Positions 41,495-49,059 are shown, counted from the first letter of the stretch. The stretch: DNA of 49,059 bases from Bifidobacterium breve (GCA_945873475.1 CAMCDF010000001.1:1-49059); one strand, 5' to 3'. A program made the numbers and translations. The notes: a model not told the origin generated them from the letters alone.

Positions 41495-41530
41495 GGGTGA
41501 ATATTATCAGTTCCGATACTTGTTGTACGC
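41495..41530 (-). promoter_or_regulatory. AT-rich promoter region; TAATAT box 6 nt upstream of the NTase ATG (leaderless-transcript candidate)
   Basis: The minus strand reads ...GTACAACAAGTATCGGAACTGATAATATTCACCC-ATG. This is the lowest-GC stretch near this locus. Confidence 0.3.
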
Positions 41531-41561
41531 GGGCAGCGGGCCGGCCCGGCCCGTATCGTCG

Positions 41562-41661
41562 CCGTCGCCAAGGGGAGTACCCCGCAAGCGCGCGGTCGTC
41601 ACTACGGACCTTCGTCCCGGCCGCGCCGCCCCTCACGGGGTGGGAGAGACCTCGGCTCGAC
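41562..41661 (+). promoter_or_regulatory. yybP-ykoY (Mn2+) riboswitch aptamer
   Basis: Hallmark 5' 'AAGGGGAGUA' (41570-79) and 3' 'GGGAGAGACC' (41642-51) flank GC-rich helices. It lies immediately upstream of a TerC gene, the classic regulated target. Confidence 0.65.
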
Positions 41662-41682
41662 ATCCATTGATCGAGCGGAGGT
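41649..41682 (+). promoter_or_regulatory. Riboswitch expression platform: hairpin pairing the aptamer 3' strand with the Shine-Dalgarno
   Basis: ACCTCGGCTCGA (41649-60), 10-nt loop, TCGAGCGGAGGT (41671-82): 12 bp with 1 mismatch. GGAGG at 41677-81 is the RBS for the TTG start at 41692. Confidence 0.5.
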
Positions 41683-41691
41683 TGTGCGGCG

Positions 41692-42678
41692 TTGAACGAG
41701 GCCCTGGATTTCGCTGTGCCCCTGTGGGCGTGGTTCGCCCTCGGCGGAGCCATCGTGGTGATGCTGGCCATCGACCTGTTCCTGCATCGCGACGACCACG
41801 TGGTGTCGTTCCGCGAGGCCGCCATCTGGAGCGCCATCTGGATCGCCGCGGGGCTGGGCTTCGGCCTGGTGCTGCTGTGGTGGCAGGGCGGCGACGCGGC
41901 GGCCACCTACTACTCGGCCTATCTCATCGAGAAGGCGCTGTCGGTGGACAACGTCTTCATCTTCGCCCTGATCTTCGGCTACTTCGCGGTGCCCGAGCGG
42001 TACCAGCATCGCGTGCTGTTCTGGGGGGTCATCGGGGCGCTGCTGATGCGCCTGGTGTTCATCTTCGTGGGCTCGGGGCTGCTTCAGGCCTTCTTCTGGA
42101 CCGCCTACCTGTTCGGCGTGTTCCTCATCTACACCGGCTGGCACATGGCCTTCCGCCACGACCAGCCGAAGGACCCCGACAACAACCCCATGGTGCGGCT
42201 GATGCGCCGCTTCATGCCCGTGAGCGACGGCTATGAGGGCGGGAAATTCCTCACCCGCATCAATGGCAAGGTGGGCGCCACCATGCTGCTGGTGGCGCTG
42301 GTGGCCATCGAGTCGAGCGACCTCATCTTCGCCATCGACTCGGTGGCGGCGGTGCTGGCCATCACCACCAACACGTTCATCGTGTGGGCATCCATCGCCA
42401 TGGCCGTGCTGGGCCTGCGGGCGCTGTACTTCTGCCTGGCCGGGCTGCTGCGCAGGTTCACCTACCTGCACTACGGGCTGGCGTTCCTGCTGGCGTTCGC
42501 CGGCCTCAAGCTGATCCTCTCGGAGACCCCGGTGGGCAAGCTGCCCATCTGGCTGTCGCTGTCGGTGATCATCGGGGCGCTGGCGATCTCGATCATCGTG
42601 TCGCTCATCGCGACCCGCGGACAGGACGAGCCCCCCCATGGGGATGGGATGCACGCGGGGGGGTCTGCCGCGCGCTGA
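41692..42678 (+). CDS. TerC-family integral membrane protein (paralog 2, riboswitch-controlled)
   Basis: 328 aa. 'EKALSVDNVFIF' and 'AIESSDLIFAIDSVAA' TerC motifs. TTG start. Confidence 0.85.
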   Translation: MNEALDFAVPLWAWFALGGAIVVMLAIDLFLHRDDHVVSFREAAIWSAIWIAAGLGFGLVLLWWQGGDAAATYYSAYLIEKALSVDNVFIFALIFGYFAVPERYQHRVLFWGVIGALLMRLVFIFVGSGLLQAFFWTAYLFGVFLIYTGWHMAFRHDQPKDPDNNPMVRLMRRFMPVSDGYEGGKFLTRINGKVGATMLLVALVAIESSDLIFAIDSVAAVLAITTNTFIVWASIAMAVLGLRALYFCLAGLLRRFTYLHYGLAFLLAFAGLKLILSETPVGKLPIWLSLSVIIGALAISIIVSLIATRGQDEPPHGDGMHAGGSAAR

Positions 42679-42699
42679 TCCGCTGTTACCGTCGCCCGC

Positions 42700-43788
42700 A
42701 TGTGGCGCCTTCTCGCAGTGCTGGCGGGGGTGCTGGCGCTGTGGCCGGCCGCCAGCGGCTGGGCGGTGGTCGGGGGCACCCCGGCCGACCCGGGCACCGG
42801 CGACCACGTGGTGGCCCTGCTCGAGGTCGGCGCCGAAGGCGCGCGGGCGGGCCAGTACTGCACCGGCACGCTGCTCGACCCGCAGTGGGTTCTGACCGCG
42901 GCGCACTGCGTGCACGGCGTGCGGCCCGACCAGGTCGAGGTGGCCGTGGGCCGCACGCAGTTGTCCACCATCACGCCGGGTGACCGCTACGCCATCGACG
43001 CCATCGCCGGGTACCCGCTGTACGACCCGCGCAGATGGGGCCACGACCTGGCGCTCGTGCACCTGACGCGCCCCGTGCCGCCGGCGATCAGCCCGGCAGA
43101 GGAGCGCTACCAGCGCGGGCCGAGGGCGTCGTACGCCGGATCCGGGTGGGTATCGGGCTGGGGCGCCACCGTGCAGGCGCCCACCGGCAGCGACACGCTT
43201 CTGACCGGCCTCATCTCGGTGTCCACGCCGGCGCAGTGCAGGTCGCTGGGCGCTCCATGGGGAACCATCTGCGGCACCATGCCCTTCACCAACGAGGCCG
43301 CTGCCTGCTGGGGTGACAGCGGCGGCCCGCTCGAGAACCAGGGCATCCTGATCGGGATCGTCTCGTTCGGTCCGGAGGGCTGCGACAACTCCTCACCCAC
43401 CGCCTACACCCACGTGGGCACCTACAGCACGTGGATCGACTGGGTGCGCTCGGGCGGCGACCCCCGGGTCAGCCTTCCCGAAGTCACATCCATCAGCGCC
43501 AGGCAGATCCCCGGTACCCGGTGGACCCGGCTCACCATGAGGTGGTGCCAGTCGGGTGGCGTGGGCCACAGGGTGGTCACCGGCTTCCGCTCGGCCCACT
43601 CGGGAGGTGGCTGGCACTACTCGCGGGCCCGCTCGCGCACCATGAGGTCGCGCTGCGGGGCCTACGCGGTGGAGCACCGCCATGAGCACCGCCGCGGGTC
43701 GGTGCTCACCGTGTTCGCCCAGATCCGCGATGCCACCACCGGCATGCGGTACTGGTCGACCTACCCCACCCGCCTGCGCATCCGCTGA
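42700..43788 (+). CDS. Secreted trypsin-like (S1 family) serine protease with unassigned ~120-aa C-terminal domain
   Basis: Signal peptide then 'VVGG'. Catalytic 'LTAAHC', 'HDLALV' and 'GDSGGP'. Confidence 0.8.
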   Translation: MWRLLAVLAGVLALWPAASGWAVVGGTPADPGTGDHVVALLEVGAEGARAGQYCTGTLLDPQWVLTAAHCVHGVRPDQVEVAVGRTQLSTITPGDRYAIDAIAGYPLYDPRRWGHDLALVHLTRPVPPAISPAEERYQRGPRASYAGSGWVSGWGATVQAPTGSDTLLTGLISVSTPAQCRSLGAPWGTICGTMPFTNEAAACWGDSGGPLENQGILIGIVSFGPEGCDNSSPTAYTHVGTYSTWIDWVRSGGDPRVSLPEVTSISARQIPGTRWTRLTMRWCQSGGVGHRVVTGFRSAHSGGGWHYSRARSRTMRSRCGAYAVEHRHEHRRGSVLTVFAQIRDATTGMRYWSTYPTRLRIR

Positions 43789-44841
43789 TCAGCCGGTGAC
43801 GGCGGGGCGGGCGCGGGCGGCGCCCGTCTCGATGCGGCCAATGGCGTTGCCCGCGAGTTCGGTGAACCACACGTTGCCGTCGGGGCCGTCGGTGATGCCC
43901 AGCGGGCCCGCGCCCTTCCGGAGCCCGCGTGAGAACTCCGTGACCACGCCCTCCGGGGTGATACGGCCGATGGAGTTGCCATCGGGCTGGGTGAACCACA
44001 GGTTGCCATCGGCTGCCGACGTGATGAGGCCCGGCCTGGAGCCCTTCGAGATGCCACTGCGGAACACCGTGACCCGCCCGGCCATGGTGATGCGCCCGAT
44101 GGCGTCAGCGTTGTTCATGGTGAACCACATGGCCCCATCCGGGCCGCGGGTGATGCCCGCGGGCTTGGACGCCCGGGGGATTCCACGGCTGAAGCGGGTC
44201 GCCGATCCCGAGGGGGTCACCCGGTAGATGGCGTTGCCGGGAACATCCTTCGCGCCGTTCCACGCACCGGTCACCCAGAGGTTGCCGTCGGGACCCGTGG
44301 AGATGTCGAACGGGCCCGACCCCTGCTGGATGCCCTTCGAGAACGTGGTGGTGGTACCGGCCATGGTGATGCGGCCCACCGCGCTGGCGCCGAGCTCGGT
44401 GAACCACACGGTGCGGCCCGGGCCCCAGGTGATGCCCGAGGGCGCGGGAGCAGCGCCGGCACCGGCCGTGGGGTCGATTCCTGGCCCGAACTCGGTCACC
44501 ACCCCGCGCGGGGTGATGCGCGCGATGCGCATGCCGGCGAGCTCGCTGAACCACAGGTTGCCGTCGGGGCCCGCCGTTATTCCGAAGGGCCGGGCGCCCT
44601 CCGAGATGCCCGCGCGGAACTCCGTCACCCGCCCACGCACCGTGATGCGCCCGATTCCGTAGTTGTCATCGCCGGCCTGCGTGAACCACAGCGCGCCGTC
44701 GGGGCCGTTGGTGATGGCCAGGGGAGCAGAAGCCTTCGACAACCCCCGCGAGAACTCCGTGATGTCCCCCACCGCGCCAAGGGCGCCGGCACCCGGGACA
44801 AGCGTGCACGCCGCGACCGCCAGGGCGGCGCGGGGGATCAT
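43789..44841 (-). CDS. Vgb (streptogramin lyase)-like seven-bladed beta-propeller, predicted lipoprotein/secreted
   Basis: Start at ATG 44841 (ATGA overlap with the rfbB stop). 'MIPRAALAVAAC' is a possible lipobox. Seven ~42-aa repeats 'G.VTEF..GI..G..P.GIT.GPDGNLWFTE..gn.IGRIT'. Confidence 0.75.
   Translation of the reverse strand: MIPRAALAVAACTLVPGAGALGAVGDITEFSRGLSKASAPLAITNGPDGALWFTQAGDDNYGIGRITVRGRVTEFRAGISEGARPFGITAGPDGNLWFSELAGMRIARITPRGVVTEFGPGIDPTAGAGAAPAPSGITWGPGRTVWFTELGASAVGRITMAGTTTTFSKGIQQGSGPFDISTGPDGNLWVTGAWNGAKDVPGNAIYRVTPSGSATRFSRGIPRASKPAGITRGPDGAMWFTMNNADAIGRITMAGRVTVFRSGISKGSRPGLITSAADGNLWFTQPDGNSIGRITPEGVVTEFSRGLRKGAGPLGITDGPDGNVWFTELAGNAIGRIETGAARARPAVTG
43825..44769 (-). 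repeat. Seven tandem ~126-nt coding repeats (propeller blades)
   Basis: Periodic recurrence of GPDG(A/N)(L/M/V)WF and IGRIT segments in the translation. Confidence 0.8.
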
Positions 44842-45839
44842 CGGGTCGTGCGCTCTGCGTAGTTCTTCGAGTACCACTCGGCGTACTCACCGCTCTTGAT
44901 GGGCTCCCACCAGGGACGGCCGTCGCGGTACCACTCGACCGTCGACGCGAGACCCCCGTCGAAGTCCACCTGCGGCGACCACCCCATGGCGCGCATCTTC
45001 GAGGTGTCGAGCGCGTAGCGGCGGTCGTGGCCGGGACGGTCCTCGACGTAGGTGATGAGGTCGTCCGAGGCGCCGGTGTGGGCGAGGATGCGCCGGGTGA
45101 TCTCCAGGTTGGGCCACTCGTTCCCGCCGCCCACGTTGTACACCTGGCCGGCCTCGCCGTTCTCCATGGCGAACCAGATGCCCTCTGCGTGGTCGCGCAC
45201 GTGGATCCAGTCGCGCACCTGCTGGCCGTCGCCGTACACGGGCAGCGGCAGGCCGTCGAGGGCGTTGGTGATGAACAGCGGCACGAGCTTCTCGGGGTAC
45301 TGGCGCGGGCCGTAGGTGTTCGACCCGCGCGTGATGACGATGTCGTAACCGAAGGTGTGATGGATCGCCAGGGCCTGCAGGTCGCCGCCCGCCTTGCTGG
45401 CCGAGTAGGGCGACGACGGGCGGATGGGGTCGTCCTCGCGGAACGCGCCGGTGGGGATCGACCCGTACACCTCGTCGGTGCTCACCTGCACGAACCGGCG
45501 CACGCCGGCCTTTCGCGCCGCCATGATCAGCGTGGCCGTGCCCACCACGTCGGTCTCGATGAACTCGGTGGGGTTGTGCAGCGAGCGGTCCACGTGGCTC
45601 TCGGCGGCCAGGTTGATGACCACCTCGCAGCCGTCCACCGCCCGCGCGGCCACCTCGGGGTCGGCGATGTCGCCGTGGATGAACGAGTACCGCGGGTCGC
45701 CCATGAGCTCGGCCACGTTCGCCGTGTTGCCCGCGTAGGTGAGCTTGTCGAGGTTCACGACATCGTGGCCGTGCTCGATGGCCACGCGCAGCACCTCGGA
45801 CCCGATGAACCCGCAACCGCCGGTGATGAGGACCTTCAC
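44838..45839 (-). CDS. rfbB: dTDP-glucose 4,6-dehydratase
   Basis: 333 aa from GTG 45839 ('VKVLITGGCGFIGS'). 'YSASKAG' catalytic motif. GTGA overlap with the rfbD stop. Confidence 0.9.
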   Translation of the reverse strand: MKVLITGGCGFIGSEVLRVAIEHGHDVVNLDKLTYAGNTANVAELMGDPRYSFIHGDIADPEVAARAVDGCEVVINLAAESHVDRSLHNPTEFIETDVVGTATLIMAARKAGVRRFVQVSTDEVYGSIPTGAFREDDPIRPSSPYSASKAGGDLQALAIHHTFGYDIVITRGSNTYGPRQYPEKLVPLFITNALDGLPLPVYGDGQQVRDWIHVRDHAEGIWFAMENGEAGQVYNVGGGNEWPNLEITRRILAHTGASDDLITYVEDRPGHDRRYALDTSKMRAMGWSPQVDFDGGLASTVEWYRDGRPWWEPIKSGEYAEWYSKNYAERTTR

Positions 45840-46672
45840 GAACGCTCCCTGACGTAGTCGGCGAGGGAATCCTCCCACGCGCGCAGGCGCGGGGCGCCCT
45901 CGTGGGTCACCTCGAGCACGCTCACGGCCGGGCGGGGCGCGGGGCGCGCGAAGGCCTCGGTCGTGGTGTCGCGCACCTCGCACTGCACGCCCGCCAGGCG
46001 GAAGGCCTCACGGGCGAACCCCGCCCACGTGGTGCTGCCCCCTCCGGCGGTGTGGTACACGCCGGGCGGCAGCGCGGCCACCTCGACCAGCGCCGGGCAG
46101 AGATCGCGGGTCCAGGTGGGGCACCCCTCCTGGTCTGCCACCACGTCCACGTGGTCACGCCCCTCGGCCAGGCCGATCATGGTGTCGACGAAGTTCCTGC
46201 CGTGGGCGCCGTACAGCCATGCGGTGCGCGCGATGCGCGTGCCCTCGGGGTACTCGAGCTCGGCCAGGCGCTCGCCGGCCAGCTTGGTGCGGCCGTATGC
46301 CTGGATGGGATCGGTGGCGGAGTCCTCCTGGTACGGACCCCCCGTGCCGGGGAACACGTAGTCGGTGCTCACGGCCACCAGCGCGGCCCCGGCGTCGCGG
46401 GCGGCGATGGCCACGTTGCGCGTGCCCTCGCCATTCACCAGCAGCGCCTGTTCCTCGTTCTCCTCGGCGCCGTCCACGTCGGTCCATGCCGCCAGGTGGA
46501 ACACCACGTCGGGCGCGGCCTCCGACACCCGGCGCATCGCCTGGCGGCGATCGGTGATGTCGATCTCGGGCAGGTCGAGGCCCACGGCGTCGTGGCCCTC
46601 CGCCGTCAGGTGGGCCATCAGGTCGGTGCCGAGCATGCCGCGATGCCCGATGACGAGCGCCCTCACCGCCAC
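45836..46672 (-). CDS. rfbD: dTDP-4-dehydrorhamnose reductase
   Basis: 278 aa. 'ALVIGHRGMLG' Rossmann motif and 'YGRTKLAGE' catalytic motif. Confidence 0.85.
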   Translation of the reverse strand: MAVRALVIGHRGMLGTDLMAHLTAEGHDAVGLDLPEIDITDRRQAMRRVSEAAPDVVFHLAAWTDVDGAEENEEQALLVNGEGTRNVAIAARDAGAALVAVSTDYVFPGTGGPYQEDSATDPIQAYGRTKLAGERLAELEYPEGTRIARTAWLYGAHGRNFVDTMIGLAEGRDHVDVVADQEGCPTWTRDLCPALVEVAALPPGVYHTAGGGSTTWAGFAREAFRLAGVQCEVRDTTTEAFARPAPRPAVSVLEVTHEGAPRLRAWEDSLADYVRERS

Positions 46673-46676
46673 GCCC

Positions 46677-47750
46677 TCAGGTGAGGCCGATCACCGACGA
46701 GTCGCCCAGCACGAACCGGTAGGCGCGGGGCTTGGCGTCGGTGCGCGAGATCGTGACGTCGCGACCGATGAGGCTGCTCTCCACGCGCGCGTCGAGGTCT
46801 TCCACGTGAACGCGCTCGAGCAGGATCGAGTGCTCGATCTCGGCGCGGCGCACCACGCAACCGGTGGAGATCGAGGAGTACGGGCCGATGTAGGCGTTCT
46901 CCACCACGGAGTCGCGGCCGATCACGGCCGGGCCACGCACGTGGCTGTTCACCAGGCGCGCGCCCTTCTCCACGATGACGCGGCCCTCGATGTCGCTGTC
47001 GACCAGCTCGCCGTCCATGCGCGGCTCGATGACGTCGAGGATGAGCCGGTTGGCCTCGAGCATGTCCTCCACCTTGCCGGTGTCCTTCCACCAGCCGGTC
47101 ACCACGTGGGGCTCCACGCGCATGCCCTGGTCGATCATGTACTGGATGGCGTCGGTGATCTCCAGCTCGCCGCGGGGCGACGGCTCGATCTTCTTCGCGG
47201 CGTCGAGGATGGCCGGGGTGAACATGTACACCCCCACCAGCGCCAGGTCGCTCTTCGGCTGACGGGGCTTCTCCTCCAGGTTCACCACGCGGTCGCCATC
47301 GAGCACGGCCACCCCGTACGACGACGGGTTGGGCACCTGCTGCAGCAGGATCATCGCGTCGGGGTCGGAGGCCCGGAACTGCTCGACGAGCGGCGTGATG
47401 CCGTCGCGCAGCAGGTTGTCGCCCAGGTACATCACGAACGGGTCGTCGCCGAGGAACTCCTCGGCCGTCAGCACCGCGTGGGCCAGGCCGAGGGGCGCCG
47501 ACTGCGGGATGAACGTGACCTCGATGCCAAGGGCCGATCCGTCGCCCACGGCCTCGCGGATCTCATCGCCGGTGTCGCCGATGATGATGCCCACCTGGCG
47601 GATTCCGGCGTCGCGCAGGGCCTCGAGCCCGTAGAACAGCACCGGCTTGTTGGCCACCGGCACCAGCTGCTTGGCGGATGTGTGGGTGATGGGGCGAAGT
47701 CGCGTGCCGGCGCCACCCGACAACACGAGGCCCTTGAGGTTCTGGCTCAC
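46677..47750 (-). CDS. rfbA: Glucose-1-phosphate thymidylyltransferase, long form with C-terminal beta-helix
   Basis: 357 aa from GTG 47750. 'GLVLSGGAGTRLRPITHTSAKQLVPVANKP' and 'EKP..PKS.LALVGVY', plus a hexapeptide-repeat C-terminus. The 739-aa track ORF is upstream run-through overlapping glxK out of frame. Confidence 0.85.
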   Translation of the reverse strand: MSQNLKGLVLSGGAGTRLRPITHTSAKQLVPVANKPVLFYGLEALRDAGIRQVGIIIGDTGDEIREAVGDGSALGIEVTFIPQSAPLGLAHAVLTAEEFLGDDPFVMYLGDNLLRDGITPLVEQFRASDPDAMILLQQVPNPSSYGVAVLDGDRVVNLEEKPRQPKSDLALVGVYMFTPAILDAAKKIEPSPRGELEITDAIQYMIDQGMRVEPHVVTGWWKDTGKVEDMLEANRLILDVIEPRMDGELVDSDIEGRVIVEKGARLVNSHVRGPAVIGRDSVVENAYIGPYSSISTGCVVRRAEIEHSILLERVHVEDLDARVESSLIGRDVTISRTDAKPRAYRFVLGDSSVIGLT

Positions 47751-47778
47751 GACCGGCGACCCTACCAGCGTGCGTGCG

Positions 47779-48900
47779 TCAGGCGCGCGCCCTGAGCGCC
47801 ACCACCGACGCCGCGGCGGCGGCCAGGTCGTCGGCCGTCGCCGCCAGGGCGTCGGGAAGGGGCCGCACGGCGCGCCCGATGGGCAGGGCGGCAACCAGCC
47901 CCATGCGACGCGCGATGCCCGGTGGGACGTCCACCTGCCCGAAGAGCCCCACGCAGGGCACGCCCGCCCGGGCGCACGCAGCCGCCACCGCGGCGGGCGC
48001 CTTGCCCGTGAGGGTCTGGGAGTCCAGACGGCCCTCGCCGGTAAGGCACAGATCGGCGCCCTCCAGCGCGGCCGGCAGCCCGGCGGCGTCGGTGACCAGG
48101 GCCCCGCCATCGGTGAGCCGGGCGCCGAGCATGGCGGCCATCCCACCCGCCGCGCCTCCCGCCGCACCCGCGCGCGGCACGCCTGAGACGTCGGGCAGGC
48201 CCTGGGCCGCCAGCACCGCGGCGAGGTTGGCCAGCCCCTCGTCGAGACGCTCGACGGCGTCGGGCGTGGCGCCCTTCTGCGGCCCGAACACCCGGGCAGC
48301 GCCCTCCGGCCCCACGAGCGGGCTGCTGACGTCGCACGCCACCTCGATCGGTGTGGTGGCGATGCGTGCGTCGAGACCCGCGAGGTCGACCGACCGCACG
48401 CGCAGAAGGGCTGCACCGATGCCGGCGAGGTCCTCGCCGTTGTCGTCGACGGCACGGGCACCCAGCGCGATGGCGATGCCGAGCCCGCCGTCGGTGGTGG
48501 CACTGCCGCCCACGCCCACGATGATGCGCGTGCAGCCCGCGTCGAGCGCGGCCAGGATGAGGTCGCCGGTGCCGGCCGTGCTGGTGGCCTCGGGGTCGCG
48601 CTCGTGATCGGACAGCAGCTCATACCCCGACGCCCGGGCCAGCTCGACCACCGCCGTGCCATCGGGAAGCAGGCCGAACTGCGCGGTGATGGCACGCCCC
48701 AGCGGGTCGCGCGCCGGGGCGTCCACCAGACGGCCGCCCGCGGCGGACACCAGGGCGTCGAGCGTGCCCTCGCCACCGTCGGCCACCGGCACGCATACGG
48801 CCTCGGCACCCGCCAGCTGCACGCCCACCGCCATCGCAGCCGCCGCATCGGCCGAACCGAGCGCCGCCTTGAACGGCGCCGGCGCGACCACCACACGCAT
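47779..48900 (-). CDS. glxK: Glycerate kinase
   Basis: 373 aa. 'VVAPAPFKAAL', 'PVADGGEGT' and 'TGEGRLDSQT' are typical of the glycerate kinase family. Confidence 0.85.
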   Translation of the reverse strand: MRVVVAPAPFKAALGSADAAAAMAVGVQLAGAEAVCVPVADGGEGTLDALVSAAGGRLVDAPARDPLGRAITAQFGLLPDGTAVVELARASGYELLSDHERDPEATSTAGTGDLILAALDAGCTRIIVGVGGSATTDGGLGIAIALGARAVDDNGEDLAGIGAALLRVRSVDLAGLDARIATTPIEVACDVSSPLVGPEGAARVFGPQKGATPDAVERLDEGLANLAAVLAAQGLPDVSGVPRAGAAGGAAGGMAAMLGARLTDGGALVTDAAGLPAALEGADLCLTGEGRLDSQTLTGKAPAAVAAACARAGVPCVGLFGQVDVPPGIARRMGLVAALPIGRAVRPLPDALAATADDLAAAAASVVALRARA

Positions 48901-49059
48901 CAGTCGCGCCCGGTCGGGGGTGCGGGGGCCCAGTCGAGTTGCAGGAAACCGCGCAGGCGCTCCTGGAACTCCGCGTCGTCGGCCGACGCGCGGATTGCCC
49001 GGTCGAGCTCGGCGGCGTCGTCGCCCACCACCACGCGAATGGGCGGAGGGTCGGCGTGA
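48900..49059 (-). CDS. 3' end of an unidentified upstream gene (partial at the window edge)
   Basis: Open frame '...HADPPPIRVVVGDDAAELDRAIRASADDAEFQERLRGFLQLDWAPAPPTGRD*' with coding-type GC3. Its TGA shares one base with the glxK ATG (TGATG). Confidence 0.35.
   Translation of the reverse strand, partial: HADPPPIRVVVGDDAAELDRAIRASADDAEFQERLRGFLQLDWAPAPPTGRD

Noticed and set aside
46677-48896. A 739-aa ORF suggesting a giant fusion upstream of the thymidylyltransferase.
   Set aside because: Only the C-terminal 357 aa (from GTG 47750) look like RfbA. The N-terminal part is Arg/Pro/Trp-rich nonsense that overlaps the well-supported glycerate kinase gene in another frame.
1-49059. CRISPR arrays, insertion sequences, rRNA genes, tmRNA, RNase P or SRP RNA.
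   Set aside because: I noticed no regularly spaced direct repeats, no transposase-like ORFs with terminal inverted repeats, and none of the conserved cores of these RNAs while reading both strands. There is not enough non-coding space anywhere except 30033-30365 and 41495-41691.

Overview
Very GC-rich, tightly packed chromosomal DNA. Third codon positions are almost always G/C and most intergenic gaps are under 60 nt. Gene content points to a Gram-positive-type, Actinobacteriota/Thermoleophilia-like bacterium, but taxonomy cannot be proven from this window. I saw no rRNA, CRISPR array, transposase, integrase or prophage genes. Most long antisense ORFs in the track are high-GC artefacts.

Gene order, left to right:
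1. Minus-strand string STAS - copZ - copA - ArgH-family lyase, facing a small 2-TM ORF plus a P2-type cation ATPase.
2. Degenerate-LytM protein - ymdB; an AI-2E transporter; an ABC-2 exporter pair; aat.
3. A respiratory-cofactor supercluster. hemB - fused ahbA/B-type siroheme decarboxylase - hemL - HepS-like fragment - UbiD-family decarboxylase. Then a Bacillus-type qcrABC (Rieske, split cytochrome b6, subunit IV-cytochrome c fusion). Then ubiX - ubiE/menG - polyprenyl synthase - orphan radical-SAM C-terminal-half protein - mqnA - mqnC. Nearly all neighbours in the two biosynthetic strings are joined by ATGA/GTGA overlaps.
4. lipA - rhodanese; dcd; tatA; an amidohydrolase; tRNA-Lys(CTT); an RlpA-like protein.
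5. A ferredoxin-type sulfite reductase with a long C-terminal extension plus an unknown partner.
6. Two TerC paralogs, one behind a yybP-ykoY (Mn2+) riboswitch; ccdA.
7. A Wbp-like UDP-2,3-diacetamido sugar-acid cluster.
8. A reversed-order nucleotidyltransferase + XRE-HTH pair.
9. A secreted S1 protease.
10. A glxK - rfbA - rfbD - rfbB operon ending in a lipoprotein-type Vgb-like seven-bladed propeller.

Most interesting: the non-canonical AbiEii/MenT-like NTase module, the siroheme-decarboxylase fusion inside the hem operon, the two degenerate accessory proteins embedded in the menaquinone operons, and the propeller sitting where rfbC would be expected.
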